Source of the DNA: Eledone cirrhosa
Lineage: Eukaryota
Length of the DNA stretch: 64,000 nucleotides
Direction: 5' to 3'
Assembly (NCBI GenBank): GCA_964016885.1
Contig: OZ024744.1
Coordinates: 73,222,001-73,286,000 of the forward strand
The notes under the pieces were generated by a model. The model had not been told where the DNA came from, did no database searches, and worked only from the letters and a program-made list of their open reading frames with translations. A program made the position numbers and the translations under genes. Numbering within the stretch: the first letter of the stretch is position 1; the number at the start of each line of letters is the position of its first letter. Below, one piece after another: positions 1 through 12,939 of the stretch.

Positions 1-47
1 AAATATGGTTTTATAAATATAGTTTCCATTTATTAATATCGTATATA

Positions 48-136
<89 letters not shown>

Positions 137-424
137 ACATAGAAATAGTCGGGCTGGACACCCGATCGCGCGGTTAAACCACTGGGAGTGAAGCATAACA
201 ATATCATATGTAAGAAACTTATTATTTATCTATGCAGGAACCCAATAATTTCAATTTATATTCAGTGTTTGTATTATATCTTGATTTATATAGTAATATT
301 TTTACCTTATTATTTAGCAATGATATAATGTGACTTGTAATCTCACACTAAGATTATAAATTCACAAGCATATATGTATATCTATATATGTGTGTGTATG
401 TGTGTGTGTGTGTGTGTTTGTATC

Positions 425-523
<99 letters not shown>

Positions 524-635
524 GGTGAGAGAAAGAAAGAGAGAGATAGAAAGAGAGTAAGAGAGAGGGAGAGAAAGAGAGAGCGAAGGAGAGAAAGAGT
601 GTCAGAGAGACAGAAAGAAAGAAAGATAGATAGAT

Positions 636-723
<88 letters not shown>

Positions 724-848
724 GTGTATATTAAAACATAAAAACATTTAATACGTTTATATACAATAAATAAATGGGATCCTCGCTGCCGAAGAAAAAT
801 ATTTTTTCATAACGAAACGAAATATATATATATATCATCCGCAAGGAA

Positions 849-2758
849 TTGCATAAAAAATACAGGAAAACTAATGAAGCCACACTTAAAAACATCAACA
901 ACTCGGCATGTGATATTGTTAAAAAACTTTGTATTGACGATAGAACGCAACCCTTAACACCAGCTATACCATCCTTCAACCTGAAGGACTACAAGGTAAA
1001 CTTCGATACTAACCCTAATATTAGACTTATATGCCCCTCTAAATCTGATATAGGTAAAATTAGCAAATATATACTAGACAGAATTATCCCCCAAGTTAAG
1101 GTTAAAGTAGAGATTAAACTATGGGGTAACACTCATGAAGCAATAAGGTGGTTTAATAACATTACTGATAAGAAAAAATCAAAATTTATTCAGTTTGATA
1201 TTGATGAATATTATTCCTCAATTTCACCTGATACTCTACATGAAGCTCTTTCGTTCGCTAAGGATAATTCCGACCTTACGGATGCTGAAATTAAAATTAT
1301 TATGGAAGCGAGAAAAACTATAGTTAAATTCGATGATAGCTACTGGGTTCGCAAAGATAGACCTTCTAATTTTGATATCACTATAGGTTCTAATGATTCG
1401 GCGGAAGTAACAGATCCTGTGGGAATTTATATCACCCACAGATTACAAGGAAAATTCAAGGATCTCCACGGTGGAATTTACCGTGACGATGCGCTCCTAT
1501 TAGTTAAGCATATGAATAACCAGAATTTAGAAAGGATGCGTAAAAATATCAGAAAGCTTTTTAAGGAACTAGGATTAAATATTACATTTGAATATAACCT
1601 CAAAGAGGTCAATTTCCTTGATGTTACTTTCAATCTCAATACAGATACGATTAAACCGTTCCATAAACTAAATGAGAACCTTAAATATGTAAATACGAGT
1701 TCTAACCATCCACTCTCTATAATTAAATCCATCCCTAGAAATGTTTCTCTTAGGATCTCCCGCCTATCGTCCAACCAACAAACCTTCAAAGAACATGCCG
1801 AGTATTATGATGATGCACTTAGGAAAGCCGGTCACCTAGATAATATAGAGTATATAGTCAAAGATCACCAAAACACCCAAAATAAATCACATAGGAGTAG
1901 AAATAGCACAGAATCACCACCATACATACACTACCGCAATAGACACAATAATAGTCGCACACCACCAAACAGAAGGCGATGTAAGGAGTATATTTGGTAT
2001 AACCCGGTCTATAACAACTCTATTAAAACCAATCTACCCTCAAAATTCTTTCGATTAGTTAGAAATCACTTTCCAACATCACATAAATATAATAAAATCT
2101 TAAACCCTAACACTATTCGACTTTCATATTCAACCGCCCCTAATATTGAACAACATATAAAAAAGCTTAACGCAAAACGGTTGTATAAACGCCTTCCAAC
2201 ACATAACAATACACGTAAAACATTAGCTATAACATCACAAAACAACAAACAACATCCTGTCCTACATAATCAACCTCATCAACCCATCCATGGCAATACA
2301 ACAACGCAAAATTATAATTGCAACTGTGTCCAACCAGGAATGTGTCCGTTGAACAATCAGTGTCTTGAACGCAACATCGTATACAAATGTACTATCGAAT
2401 CGGATAGACAGAAGTGGTACTATGTGGGATCTACAGCCACCTCCTTCAAATCACGCCTTTATAGACATCGTTATTCGATAAAACATGAAAACCAGCGTTA
2501 TGTAACAACACTCGCAGACAAGGCTTGGCAGCTGCGTGAAAATAACCAACAATTTCACCTAAAATGGGATATAATAGCAGCTGTCCCCCCCCCCCCCCCA
2601 TATCCCATGGACAGGAATTTTGTAAATTATGTAATGTAGAATTATTTTGTATTATGAAATCCAAAAACATTTTATTAAATAACAGAATAGAGCGATCGTT
2701 ATACTGTAACCATCGCTTAAAATCTACATTTTCATATTATAAATACTACCAGGATTGA
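849..2758 (+). mobile_element. Penelope-like element (PLE) ORF: reverse transcriptase + Cys-rich linker + GIY-YIG endonuclease; 5'-truncated, frameshifted
   Basis: RT motifs FIQFDIDEYYSSI, IGSNDSAE, IYRDDAL, VNFLDVTF; linker CNCVQPGMCPLNNQC; GIY-YIG IVYKC...YYVGSTATSFKSRLYRH. The C-terminus CKLCNVE...LNNRIE...CNH continues in another frame (2564-2758) after the C15 run at 2585-2599. Confidence 0.92.
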
Positions 2759-3226
2759 ACGCCTGTCTCTATCCCCGTTTGATTGTCAAAATAGATATGA
2801 ACATTCTTTATTAGTCTTAATTCTATCAACTCTTCTATTATTTACCTTTTAATACAAACTGCTATAGATAAAATGAGATTTCTGATTTCTTGATTCAATT
2901 CCCTAATGCATATACCAGCTGGCTACTAGCATTGATGTTATTTAGTAGCAATCGAAATCTCCCCCTTCCCCAATTGACACTTTATAATTAATACTACTGC
3001 ACCAAATGACCAGCCCTGTCCACTGTCCAGTTGGTCAAGTAGAGATTAAAATTGGCACTCCCAAAATTCTTATTTAGATTTACTCATGGTATTCTCATTA
3101 AAAACCCATTATATACTTGTTTAGCAGTAAATTATTTTACCATCTGTCATATACTATCCCCTCTGTTCCTTCCTCTTTTACTAATATAAATACTTCAATT
3201 TTTCTGATTTTATCCAGTTTATCCAA

Positions 3227-3345
3227 AATCTCTGAAGAAGTGACAACTGATTATACATTTGCTATCGAATACTTGCTAACATTATATGATTACGCAAGCA
3301 GCGATACATAGGTATTCGGTCTGTTACAGAAACATATGTCAATAC
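3227..3345 (+). ncRNA. Hammerhead ribozyme motif in the PLE 3' UTR (long stem II, degenerate stem I)
   Basis: CTGAAGA-a-GTGACA...ATCGAATAC/GTATTCGGT...TGTTAC-a-GAAA-CATATG-TC, followed by AATAAA. Confidence 0.6.
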
Positions 3346-3687
3346 CTAATAAATTCCTTTTTTAACAAAAGCACTTTCATTTTATATTCATCCTTTCTAC
3401 ATTTCTCCGGAATATAATTTATACTCGTTGAGCAAACCTGCACGTACGCTGTTCATCTCTAACGTAACGATATATTATCACTACATTATTGATAACCTGA
3501 AATTTTATATATATATATATACAAATGGAAGTACAGCATAATCGAAGCTCTGCCCGCAGCTAAGCTAACGAATGCAATCGGAATGTACAGCTAAGCACTC
3601 AATAAGGTATTTTACCTTAGAGTAATAATATTACGTTTAGACAGCTTTGCAAATTGAAGGTTGCGACCGGTAAGCCAGCCGCAGGGA

Positions 3688-3737
<50 letters not shown>

Positions 3738-3793
3738 AGTCCAGAATTAGCCGTCGAAACGGCTTGAGCTCAGCTGTCGGGGTCTTACTGGTT

Positions 3794-3881
<88 letters not shown>

Positions 3882-4112
3882 GAAACACACAGATACATGC
3901 GGACACACACATATATACATGAATGCATCCGCACCCAACTGTGAGTTAAGGGTGCCAACTTCACCGATGTTGCTCAATGAATGACTGGAACAGACCAATT
4001 CAGTTTGAACCAGACTGAACCAGTATCAGAGTTAAAAATACATTATGAAGAGAGAAGAAACATTTAGATATAATTAGTAATAAAATGTATCATACCTAAA
4101 CTGTTCCTAAAT

Positions 4113-4200
4113 TCCTCGACTACGTAGTTTCGTGGCATAAACAAAAACAATATATCAAAGATATAGAGTCCTTGCGAGGTCTGCCGACTTATCAAGAGGA
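4113..4200 (-). ncRNA. Degenerate hammerhead ribozyme motif
   Basis: Minus strand: TCCTC-TTGATAA (two changes from CTGATGA)-GTCGGCA...TGCCAC-GAAA-CTACGTAG-TC-GAGGA; stems I, II and III all pair. Confidence 0.6.
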
Positions 4201-4763
4201 TACCTCATTTTACTAGTCTCAAGAACGCGTCTACACGACGTGAGAAAGAATCCCAAAAGGCGGAGGGGGAGATAGTCACGCGATATAACGGTCGAGAAAC
4301 AGAGCTAAGCCTCTTATAACCACGAAGAAAATACCACGGAGGCGGAGGGGGTATTCATATCGAGGCCGTAGAAGAGGTAGTGAAGAAGGCGAGAAGTATG
4401 AGTAATGGAAGCTTTCCAGTTGTCCCCACACTTCAAAGATTGCTCGACCAGAGGGAGTTATTAATATATTAAGAAACACACAGATACATGCGGACACACA
4501 CATATATATATATATTTGTTTTGCGAGGTTTTTGATATGAAATCGTGTGTCGAAACAAATATTGTTATACTTCGGGAGGGTCATATTGTTGTAATAATAT
4601 TGCCAGAAATAATAACAGAACACACTCACTGTTTGGTTGGTTTTCGTTTCTGTATCTTTTATATCTCCACAGTTAATTTATTCGGTCCTCAATGTTTATC
4701 ATTGACTGACCAACGGTAAAAAATACAGATATAATATAGATATAAACACATATATATATAGTC

Positions 4764-4807
4764 TAACAAAGTTCTTTCGTTGCACATCTGCAACGTCATC
4801 AGTGGTA
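4764..4807 (-). ncRNA. Minimal type I hammerhead ribozyme motif
   Basis: Minus strand: TACCA-CTGATGA-c-GTTGCA-gatg-TGCAAC-GAAA-GAAC-TT-TGTTA. Confidence 0.65.
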
Positions 4808-5020
4808 CTATTATGTTCCTCCTGCTGCATTGTATATCTACACCATCCTTATTTTATCTGTTTATTTATTTTGGTCTTCTCTGCGCATGCGTTTGCGTGT
4901 GTGTATAGTGTTTGGTGTGTGTGTTCGCGTTTGGGTGACTGTGTTTTGGTTATTATATTATATGATAGTTTACTAGTGTGTGTTTATATGTGTTACATAT
5001 ATACACACACTAGTAAACTA

Positions 5021-5068
<48 letters not shown>

Positions 5069-5269
5069 CTTTTCCTTCTGTTGTTTACTTGTCTCACTCG
5101 CTTTACGCGTTTCACTTGTCCCAATAGCTTATTTTAGGTATTGCTCACACCAATCTGAGTTTTAATGCGATGAAATACCAATGATGGTTGGCAAATCACT
5201 GATGAGGGACTAATTTTATAATATGTAATCCATGTGCAACCATGCAGTATTCTTCTCCCCTTGTTTTTC

Positions 5270-5340
<71 letters not shown>

Positions 5341-5409
5341 TAGATAGATAGATAGATATATATATATAGATATATATATATATATATAGATATATATATA
5401 TATAGATGG

Positions 5410-5527
5410 AAAAAAATGAAATTTCATTTCTCACTCTTAGTACGGCTGATACTTAAATGTAAGTATGTATACGTACATACATATATGTATACAGACGTAC
5501 AGTAGTATGTATATACATACATACATG

Positions 5528-5572
<45 letters not shown>

Positions 5573-6092
5573 GTATGGGTTTACCGAACATTTATTATAA
5601 TGCTCGGTTTGTTTGTAAACAAACAGCCCGAATTATTAGCCGTACAGTGTTCAGCAACCATCGTTGCCATATTGTTAAACACTGACAAAGGAACGATGAA
5701 CTAGTTTCTAGCTTAATAGCTGTCATGGGCACCGTATACCTTCCTGCCAGTTGATTGAACGTTTGAAAGTATATACTTTCCGTATGAATATTAACAGCTG
5801 AGCAGCCTAATTTGCATATCGAGTGAGTTAGTCGGCCGGGCGTACCGAAAATGATAAATGGAAAAAAATGAAATTTGAATTCTCACTGATAGTACGGTTG
5901 ATACTTAAATGTAAGTATGTATACGTACATACATATATGTATACAGACGTACAGTAGTATGTATATACATACATACATGCACACATATCGGTAAACCCAT
6001 ACGTATATATATATATATATGTGTGCATGTATGTATGTATATACTTACTACTGTACGTCTGTATACATATATGTATGTACGTATACATACTT
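5410..6092. repeat. Foldback/MITE-like repeat family, copies at ~5410-5600 and ~5860-6092
   Basis: Shared block TTCTCACT..TAGTACGG.TGATACTTAAATGTAAGTATGTATACGTACATAC...CAGACGTACAGTAGTA; ~5910-5990 is inverted at ~6020-6092. A third copy lies at 11310-11752. Confidence 0.6.
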
Positions 6093-6128
6093 ACACACAT
6101 ATATATATATACACACATACACACACAC

Positions 6129-6163
<35 letters not shown>

Positions 6164-6240
6164 CATATATATATACATACATATATATACATATATATAT
6201 AATCATATATATATATATACGTATACATACATATATATAC

Positions 6241-6343
<103 letters not shown>

Positions 6344-6569
6344 AACATACATATATATATAAACACACACACACATATATATATATGTGAATATACAAGT
6401 GGAAGCTTAGTAAAATGGAAACGACCTACAATTATGAATGAGTAGCAAAGCACTCAATAAAGTCGGGTCTTAGAGTAATAACATATGTTAAGACAGCTTG
6501 ACAAATTGAAAGTTGCGGAAGACAAAACCCAGCCATACAATACTAAAACAACGAAGAAACTAATTAGGT

Positions 6570-6602
<33 letters not shown>

Positions 6603-6695
6603 ATATATAAATGTATATATATATATATATATATATACTTCGTTTCTGAATTTGTTTAGCAAGATTGTTTATCTGAAAACGTGTGTTGAAACCGA

Positions 6696-7075
6696 TATTG
6701 TTATACTTTGGGAGGGTCATGTTGCCAATAAGAAACGCACGCACCAGTTGCTTTCACTTCAATTTATTATAAATTAATTTTATAAATTTACACACACATA
6801 AAACAAATAAACACACACAAAAACAAGATGGCGTAGGACAGAACAAAGGAGAGGCACAAAAACAAAGAAAAGAATCCCCAGTCACTGAAGAGGTCACAGA
6901 ATGTGTGGCAAAAGAACTTTGACAATATATAAACAACCATCTGGTTGTGGAACCAACTAACCGGAAATTTATAAATTCCTAAATTTATAAATTTAATTTA
7001 TAATAAATTGAAGTGAAAGCAACTGGTGCGTGTGTTTCTTATTGGCAATATGACCCTCCCAAAGTATAACAATAT
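6696..7075. mobile_element. Short non-autonomous element with ~95-bp terminal inverted repeats and an internal hammerhead (mutated core), probably PLE-derived
   Basis: ATATTGTTATACTTTGGGAGGGTCAT...TATAAATTTA is inverted at ~6980-7075; internal GTCA-CTGAAGA...AAAAGAACTT-TGAC at 6881-6923. A related copy lies at 16310-16585. Confidence 0.7.
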
Positions 7076-7099
7076 ATATATATACATTATATATATATA

Positions 7100-7372
7100 T
7101 TGGAAGGATAGGTGTTCTTGACTTGTTTTGTTGTTAACACAACGTTTCGGCTGATGTACTCTCCAGCCTTCATCAGGTGTCCTAGTGATGTTATTAGTCG
7201 AGACTAGAGGAATTTTGAGCTTATAAACTCAAGATTTCGAGTACAATTCTAGGCAGTGACCTGAACAAACGTTAATAATAACATCACTAGGACACCTGAT
7301 GACGGCTGGAGAGTACATCAGCCGAAACGTTGTGTTAACAACAAAACAAGATGAGGACACCTATCCTTCCGA
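7100..7372. mobile_element. Inverted-repeat element with two oppositely oriented minimal hammerheads (7136-7182 minus; 7290-7336 plus)
   Basis: ~97-bp arms; each contains GGACAC-CTGATGA-n-GGCTG-gagagtacat-CAGCC-GAAA-CG-TT-GTGTT; flanked by (TA)n. Confidence 0.8.
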
Positions 7373-7429
7373 TATATATAATGTAAATAATTCCTCGTCT
7401 CAAAAATATAGAACAGTAATATATATATG

Positions 7430-7465
<36 letters not shown>

Positions 7466-7519
7466 TAAATGAAAGGTATAGAAAATATTGTAGCAAAAAG
7501 CCAATATATATATATACAT

Positions 7520-7890
7520 ACATAAGAGAGTATTGAAGTTTGCTTGAGGCATTGTGGAATAATAGGTAAATATCTTTAAGTCGTTTGGAAGCCTCGACAA
7601 TGCAAATGGGTAAATCTCCGGGTAACAAGACCCGGTGGTGGAGAGAGAGATGTAAGTGGGTGTACGTTGAGATGCGTGGTGTGTATAAGACGTGTAGAGG
7701 AATGAAGGAAAGAGTATAAAGGATAAAATAAAAATAACAACACGAGAGAGAGTTACCTTGGGAGAGATTTAATTGTTCCTATATATTTCGGATTCACATC
7801 CATCAACTGGGGTTTTTTTCCGGGGTGGGGGAAAGGTTGTCTGTCGGAAAGGTGCGAAACGCGTCCTCCGCTGTTTGTTGTTTTGAATAT
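7520..7890 (-). mobile_element. Solo 3' terminal (pLTR-like) fragment of the PLE family found at 62700-64000
   Basis: Near-identical to 62700-63020 (GGAAGCCTCGACAATGCA...CGGATTCACATCCATCAACTGGGG...GTCGGAAAGGTGCGAAAC). Confidence 0.8.
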
Positions 7891-8054
7891 ACATACATAT
7901 ATTTGTGTGTGTGTGTGTGTGTGTGTCTGTGTGTATGTAAATCTATACATTCGTATACACACTTACATACACATTCACACACACACACACGTGCACACGT
8001 ACACAAGCACTCCCTCATTCCATCTCCCCTCCTCTCTCTCTATGCCCTTCCTAC

Positions 8055-8056
8055 AC

Positions 8057-8090
<34 letters not shown>

Positions 8091-8458
8091 AAACAAAATA
8101 CGAAATGTCTGTTGTGAAATTGTAACAATGAAAGTGTCTGAATGAAACGACATAACAACAAATAAACATTTAACCACCACCACCACCACCAGCAGTAGCA
8201 GCAGCAGCAGCAGCAGAAACAGCAGCAGCAATAGCAACAGCAGCAGAAGAGAGCGAGAGAGAGAGAGGGGGGGATAAAGAGTGAGAGAGAGCGAGGGATA
8301 AAGAGAGAGAGAGAGAGAATGAGAGAGAGAGGGATAAAGAGAGAGAGTGAAAGAGAGAGAAAAAGAGTGAAAGTGGAAGAGAGAGAGAGTGGGGGTGAAA
8401 GTGAGAGAGAGGAGGGAAGAGAGACAAAAAGAAAGAAAGCGATACAGAGAGGGGTGAA

Positions 8459-8497
<39 letters not shown>

Positions 8498-8500
8498 AGA
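8055..8500. repeat. Compound simple repeats (AAC)n, (CAC)n/(CAG)n, (GA)n
   Basis: Directly visible. Confidence 0.9.
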
Positions 8501-9156
8501 GTGCAAAGGAGAAAGAGAATATATGTGTGTGAAGGTAACATTTGAAATAAAATCTAAAAATATATACGAAAAGATACACAGAACAAATTAAAAACAAAAG
8601 AAAATCAAGAAATGAAAACCGGATGACAGAGATGCGGAAGGCTAGAAAGATGGAGGTGGTGACAGTGAGAGTTCGGCTCTTGTGTGTTCGGACCTGGTGT
8701 CCAGCGTCAGTTGTCCGTAGGGAGGTAGTCGTTTGTACTTAGCGAAGGTTTCTAGAAGCTTGTGTTAGCCGAAGCGTGGTTTTACTGCTAGCATGTGTAG
8801 TGTGCATATTGATATCATACGCAAATATATATGCATGTAGATATGATATGTCAAATAAAATCGTAATTGACAATATGCAGAGAAATTGAAGAAAGACTGC
8901 GTTACACTTTTATTTATTCTGTAATCCGTAACGTAATCTATGATACATTAAAAAAAGACGATATTATATATAAACTGCATTAGGGTGAAATGTAATGAAA
9001 ACGAAAAAGGAAAAAATTAGCGACAGCAATATAAACCTTATATAACGATGCAAATATTTGAACGTTTACATAAACGATGTAATAAGTGTTATGATAACTG
9101 TGAGTGTAAACATTTGAACATTTTTTAAAGAAGTGAATGTTAAAATAAGCAATCAT

Positions 9157-10760
9157 TTAGAGGGTCGGACGCCATGCTTTCCAGCATAGTTACGTCCTTT
9201 TACGATCTGAGTTCAAATCCCGCCGAGGTTGACTTTGCCTTTCATCCTTACGGGGTCGATAAAATAAAGTACCCGTAATGCACTGAGTAATTGCTGGCCT
9301 TGTGCCTAAAGTAGAAACAATTATATATAAGAATATTTATGTTTAATCAACAACTACGGAATTTAGTACATAAATTATGTAATACCGTATTCATTTATTA
9401 TTTATTCAAAGTAATCCAACTTATTTTACAAACGGGATAACAAAATTATTCAGGACACAGTCCCGCACTCCTCCCTTTATTATATTATGATGTAGAGTTA
9501 GCTTTCATCTAACATATAATTAGAAAGAATGGAAAACCAACGAATTATCAAAATAAAGCAAGAAGAAGGAATTCAACCATAGAAATGGATAATTGTATTT
9601 TAAATTATTTATTTTCATTTCTTTTTTCGTTTCAGCGTCAGACAACATGCTTTGCAGCAGAGAGATATGGCTCATGTCCAAATCCCACCGAGGTTAGCTT
9701 TGCCTTGCATCCTTACGGGGGTCGATAAAATAAAGTACCAGTAATGCACTGGGGTAATTTCTGGCTTTGAGGGTTGGATGCCAAGCTTTGCAGCATAGAG
9801 TTTCGACCCTTTACGGTCTGAGTTGAAATCCCACCGAAGTTAACTTTGCCTTTCATCCTTAAAATAACTAATCAATCAGTAATGCATTAGCGGCAATTGC
9901 TGGCCTTGTGCCAAAAGTAGAAACAGTTATTATTTTATCATTGGCAGTATCGGTAGAGGGTCTGACGCCATGCTTTGCAGCAAAGAGTTACCGCCCTTTA
10001 TGGTCTGCGTTCAAATCCCGCCGAGGTTAACTTTGCTTTTCATCCTTACGGGGTCGATAAAATAAAGTACCAGTAATACACTGTGATAATTGCTGGCCTT
10101 GTGCTAAAAGTTGAAACAATTATTATATTATTTTTTAAAATTATTTTATTTCATACTTTTTATTATTACTATTTTATTTTAATTTTTTATTTTATATATT
10201 TATTATTATTACTATTATATTATTTTTATTTTTTTATTTTATGTTATATATTTATTTTTATTGGTGAATTTTCATTGTATTTTTCTTGTTTATTATTGTT
10301 TTCCTATTTTTTACTCGACTTTTGTGTAAAACACCCACTCTGCTCGTCTATTGTATGTTCCCTTTATGTCGGCACTTGTGGTCAATAAATGAAACCATTA
10401 TTATTATTTTTTAAGGGCGGTGAATTAGCAGTATCGGTAGAGGGTCGGACGCCATGCTTTGACGCATAGAGTTACGGTCCTTGCCATTCTGAGTTCAAAT
10501 CTCACCGAGGTTAACTTTGCCTTTCATCCTTATGGGGTCGATAAAATAAAGTACCAGTAATACACTGGGTAATTGCTGGCCTTGTGCCAAAAGTAGAAAC
10601 AATTATTATTATTTATTAAAAAAAAATAAAGTTAACCTCGGCTGTTCAAAATCCTATCGAGATTAACTTTGCCTTTCATCCTTACGGGATCGATAAAATA
10701 AAGTACCAGAAATGTACTGGTGTAATCACAGGCCTTTTTGCCTAAAGTAGAAACAATTGT
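9157..10760 (+). mobile_element. Head-to-tail cluster of about six tRNA-derived SINE copies (Meta-domain-like)
   Basis: Repeated B-box GAGTTCAAATCC followed by TTTGCCTTTCATCCTTACGGGGTCGATAAAATAAAGTACCAGT and tail GGCCTTGTGCC.AAAGTAGAAACAATTATT, at ~9157, 9635, 9768, 9942, 10416 and 10650. Confidence 0.85.
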
Positions 10761-11309
10761 AGTGACCTACATTCTGAGGGCTCTTGAATACATTCTCCGT
10801 ACGGTGTTTGGCTCAGTTCAGCCAATCGTTACCAGCGTAGGGAAATGTATTTCAACTTCCGCCGAAAGTGAAAAATTTCCGCTTCTCTTAAAAAATTCCT
10901 CTCTTGCACCTCGACACCGCCAAGGTAACATCTCTTGATTTTGCTCAATAAACTTTCTAAAATGTAGCTATCGAACAATTACCGCGACCGTGGCTTTTAA
11001 CTTTAGCTATAGGTCCGCGTATTCCTTTACAGTATCTTAATTTGTTTTGTTTCATTTCTTATGACATGTCTTCACAGCTAACTCAACTTCTCATCTTTGT
11101 AAATAAATTATATATAAAAAATATGTCGTAATGCCTTATGATGATATTTGCCACAACATTCCCTTGGACTGCTTCGGTTACTCTCTGTGATACAATACAC
11201 AAACAAATATTAACATTCATAACAACCCATATAACTAACAACATCTATCTATATCTATATATCCAATATCTTTCGAAACATTTATTATTTAAACGGAAAG
11301 AATGAAACG

Positions 11310-11752
11310 AAATTTCATTTCTCACTCTTAGTACGGCTGTTACTTAAATATAAGTATGTATACGTACATACATATATGTATACAGACGTGCAGTAGTATG
11401 TATATATATACATACATGCACACATATATATATGTACGTGTGGATTCAAACATATATATATATGTACGTATATATATATACATACATGCACACATATATA
11501 TATGTACGTATTGTTAAATATACATACATATATATATATACATACATATATATGTACGTATATATACATACATATATATACATACATGCACACACACATA
11601 TATATATGTACGTATTGTTTACAAACACACCGAGTATTATAATAAATGTTCGGTGAATCCATACGTACATATATATATGTGTGCATGTATATATATATGT
11701 ATACATACTACTGTACGTCTGTATACATATATGTATGTACGTATACATACTT
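11310..11752. repeat. Foldback repeat, same family as 5410-6092
   Basis: TAAGTATGTATACGTACATACATATATGTATACAGACGT at ~11351 is inverted at ~11714-11752. Confidence 0.65.
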
Positions 11753-12194
11753 ATAATAATTTTTTTTTTTTTTTTGTCAAAGAATGGTTTCTATCTCTTG
11801 TTATAAAGTTTCTAACAGATATCGTTAATTAGGAAAAGAGGAAAAGAAATAAACGAAAGAACAGGCCAGGCAAATAAAATATCTAATTTATTTTCTTCTT
11901 CTTCTGTGTGTGAAATCACAGGCAATATAAATAGCCAAAACCTTGTCAGATTTATGAGACAGCCATCTTCTCTGTCTGCCTGTCTGTCTGTCTTTCTCTG
12001 CGCCTCATTCTCTCCCTGCCTCCCCCCCTCTCACTTTCTGCATCTCACTCTCTCTTTCTCCGTCTTTCTCACAACTCCATCTGCACCTCATTCTCCCCCC
12101 TCTCTCTTTCTGCACCTCACTCTCTCTCTTTCTGCCCCACACGCCCTCTCTCTTTCTCTCTACTCTCTCTGCATCCCATTCTCTCTCTGTTGAT

Positions 12195-12445
12195 GGGAGT
12201 TGGTGGAAACAATAGAGTGACAAATGAACAGCATTAGTATCGGTAGAGCGTCGGACAACATACTTTGCGGCATATAGTTTCGTCCCTTTACGTTCTGAGT
12301 TCAAATCCCACCGATGTTAGCTTTGCCTTTCATCCATAAGGCGGTCGATAAAATAAAGTACCAGTAACACACTGGGTCGATTTAAACGACTTTCCCCTCC
12401 CCTCAAAATTGATGGATTTGTGTCTAAATCTTTAACCATTATTAT
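12195..12445 (+). mobile_element. tRNA-derived Meta-type SINE copy
   Basis: GGTAGAGCGTCGGAC...GAGTTCAAATCCCACCG...GCCTTTCATCC...GTCGATAAAATAAAGTACCAG. Confidence 0.8.
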
Positions 12446-12939
12446 ATTTTGCCTCGTCGCACTTTCTCCGCACCTTTCGGAGTCCTGATCTCTCAAGCCG
12501 TTTAGCTTAATGTTTAGAACAGTCAGTCGATCTCTAAAAGATATGAGGTTCGATTCCTCGTAGCGCCCTCAGACCACTTATTACTCCCTTATAGCTACAA
12601 GTGATCTTTACCTGATTTTTACAAGCGTTTTGATAAATGGTTTGCATTCGAGAAACTGAGACGTGGAAGTGATTAAACATAAGAATGGTATCTTAGGATA
12701 TATATAGTAACATAAATATCCAGCTTATATGTAAAAAATGATATACAAGATTAAATGTATGTGTACGTGGAGGAAATATTTTTCAGGATTGAAAGACTCA
12801 CCTTTAGCCACAAAGTTCTATGAGAAACTGCTAACATGCTCGCATGTGTGCGTGCTGAACTCTGGGTCTTTCCGCTGGGAACAAGCCCCTGTTTTCTTTT
12901 TAGTACATTCATCCATTCATTCATTTATTTATTTGCTAA

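Noticed and set aside
2585-2599. Programmed frameshift in the PLE
   Set aside because: A C15 homopolymer is better explained by slippage or sequencing error.
5185-5260. Hammerhead at CTGATGAGGGA
   Set aside because: No matching GAAA, stem III or stem I downstream.
8170-8250. Poly-Gln/Ala host exon
   Set aside because: The CAG/CAC tract is embedded in simple repeats with no splice or coding context.
12496-12570. tRNA gene
   Set aside because: A/B-box-like motifs are present but there is no convincing cloverleaf; more likely a decayed SINE head, as with the other box-containing repeats.
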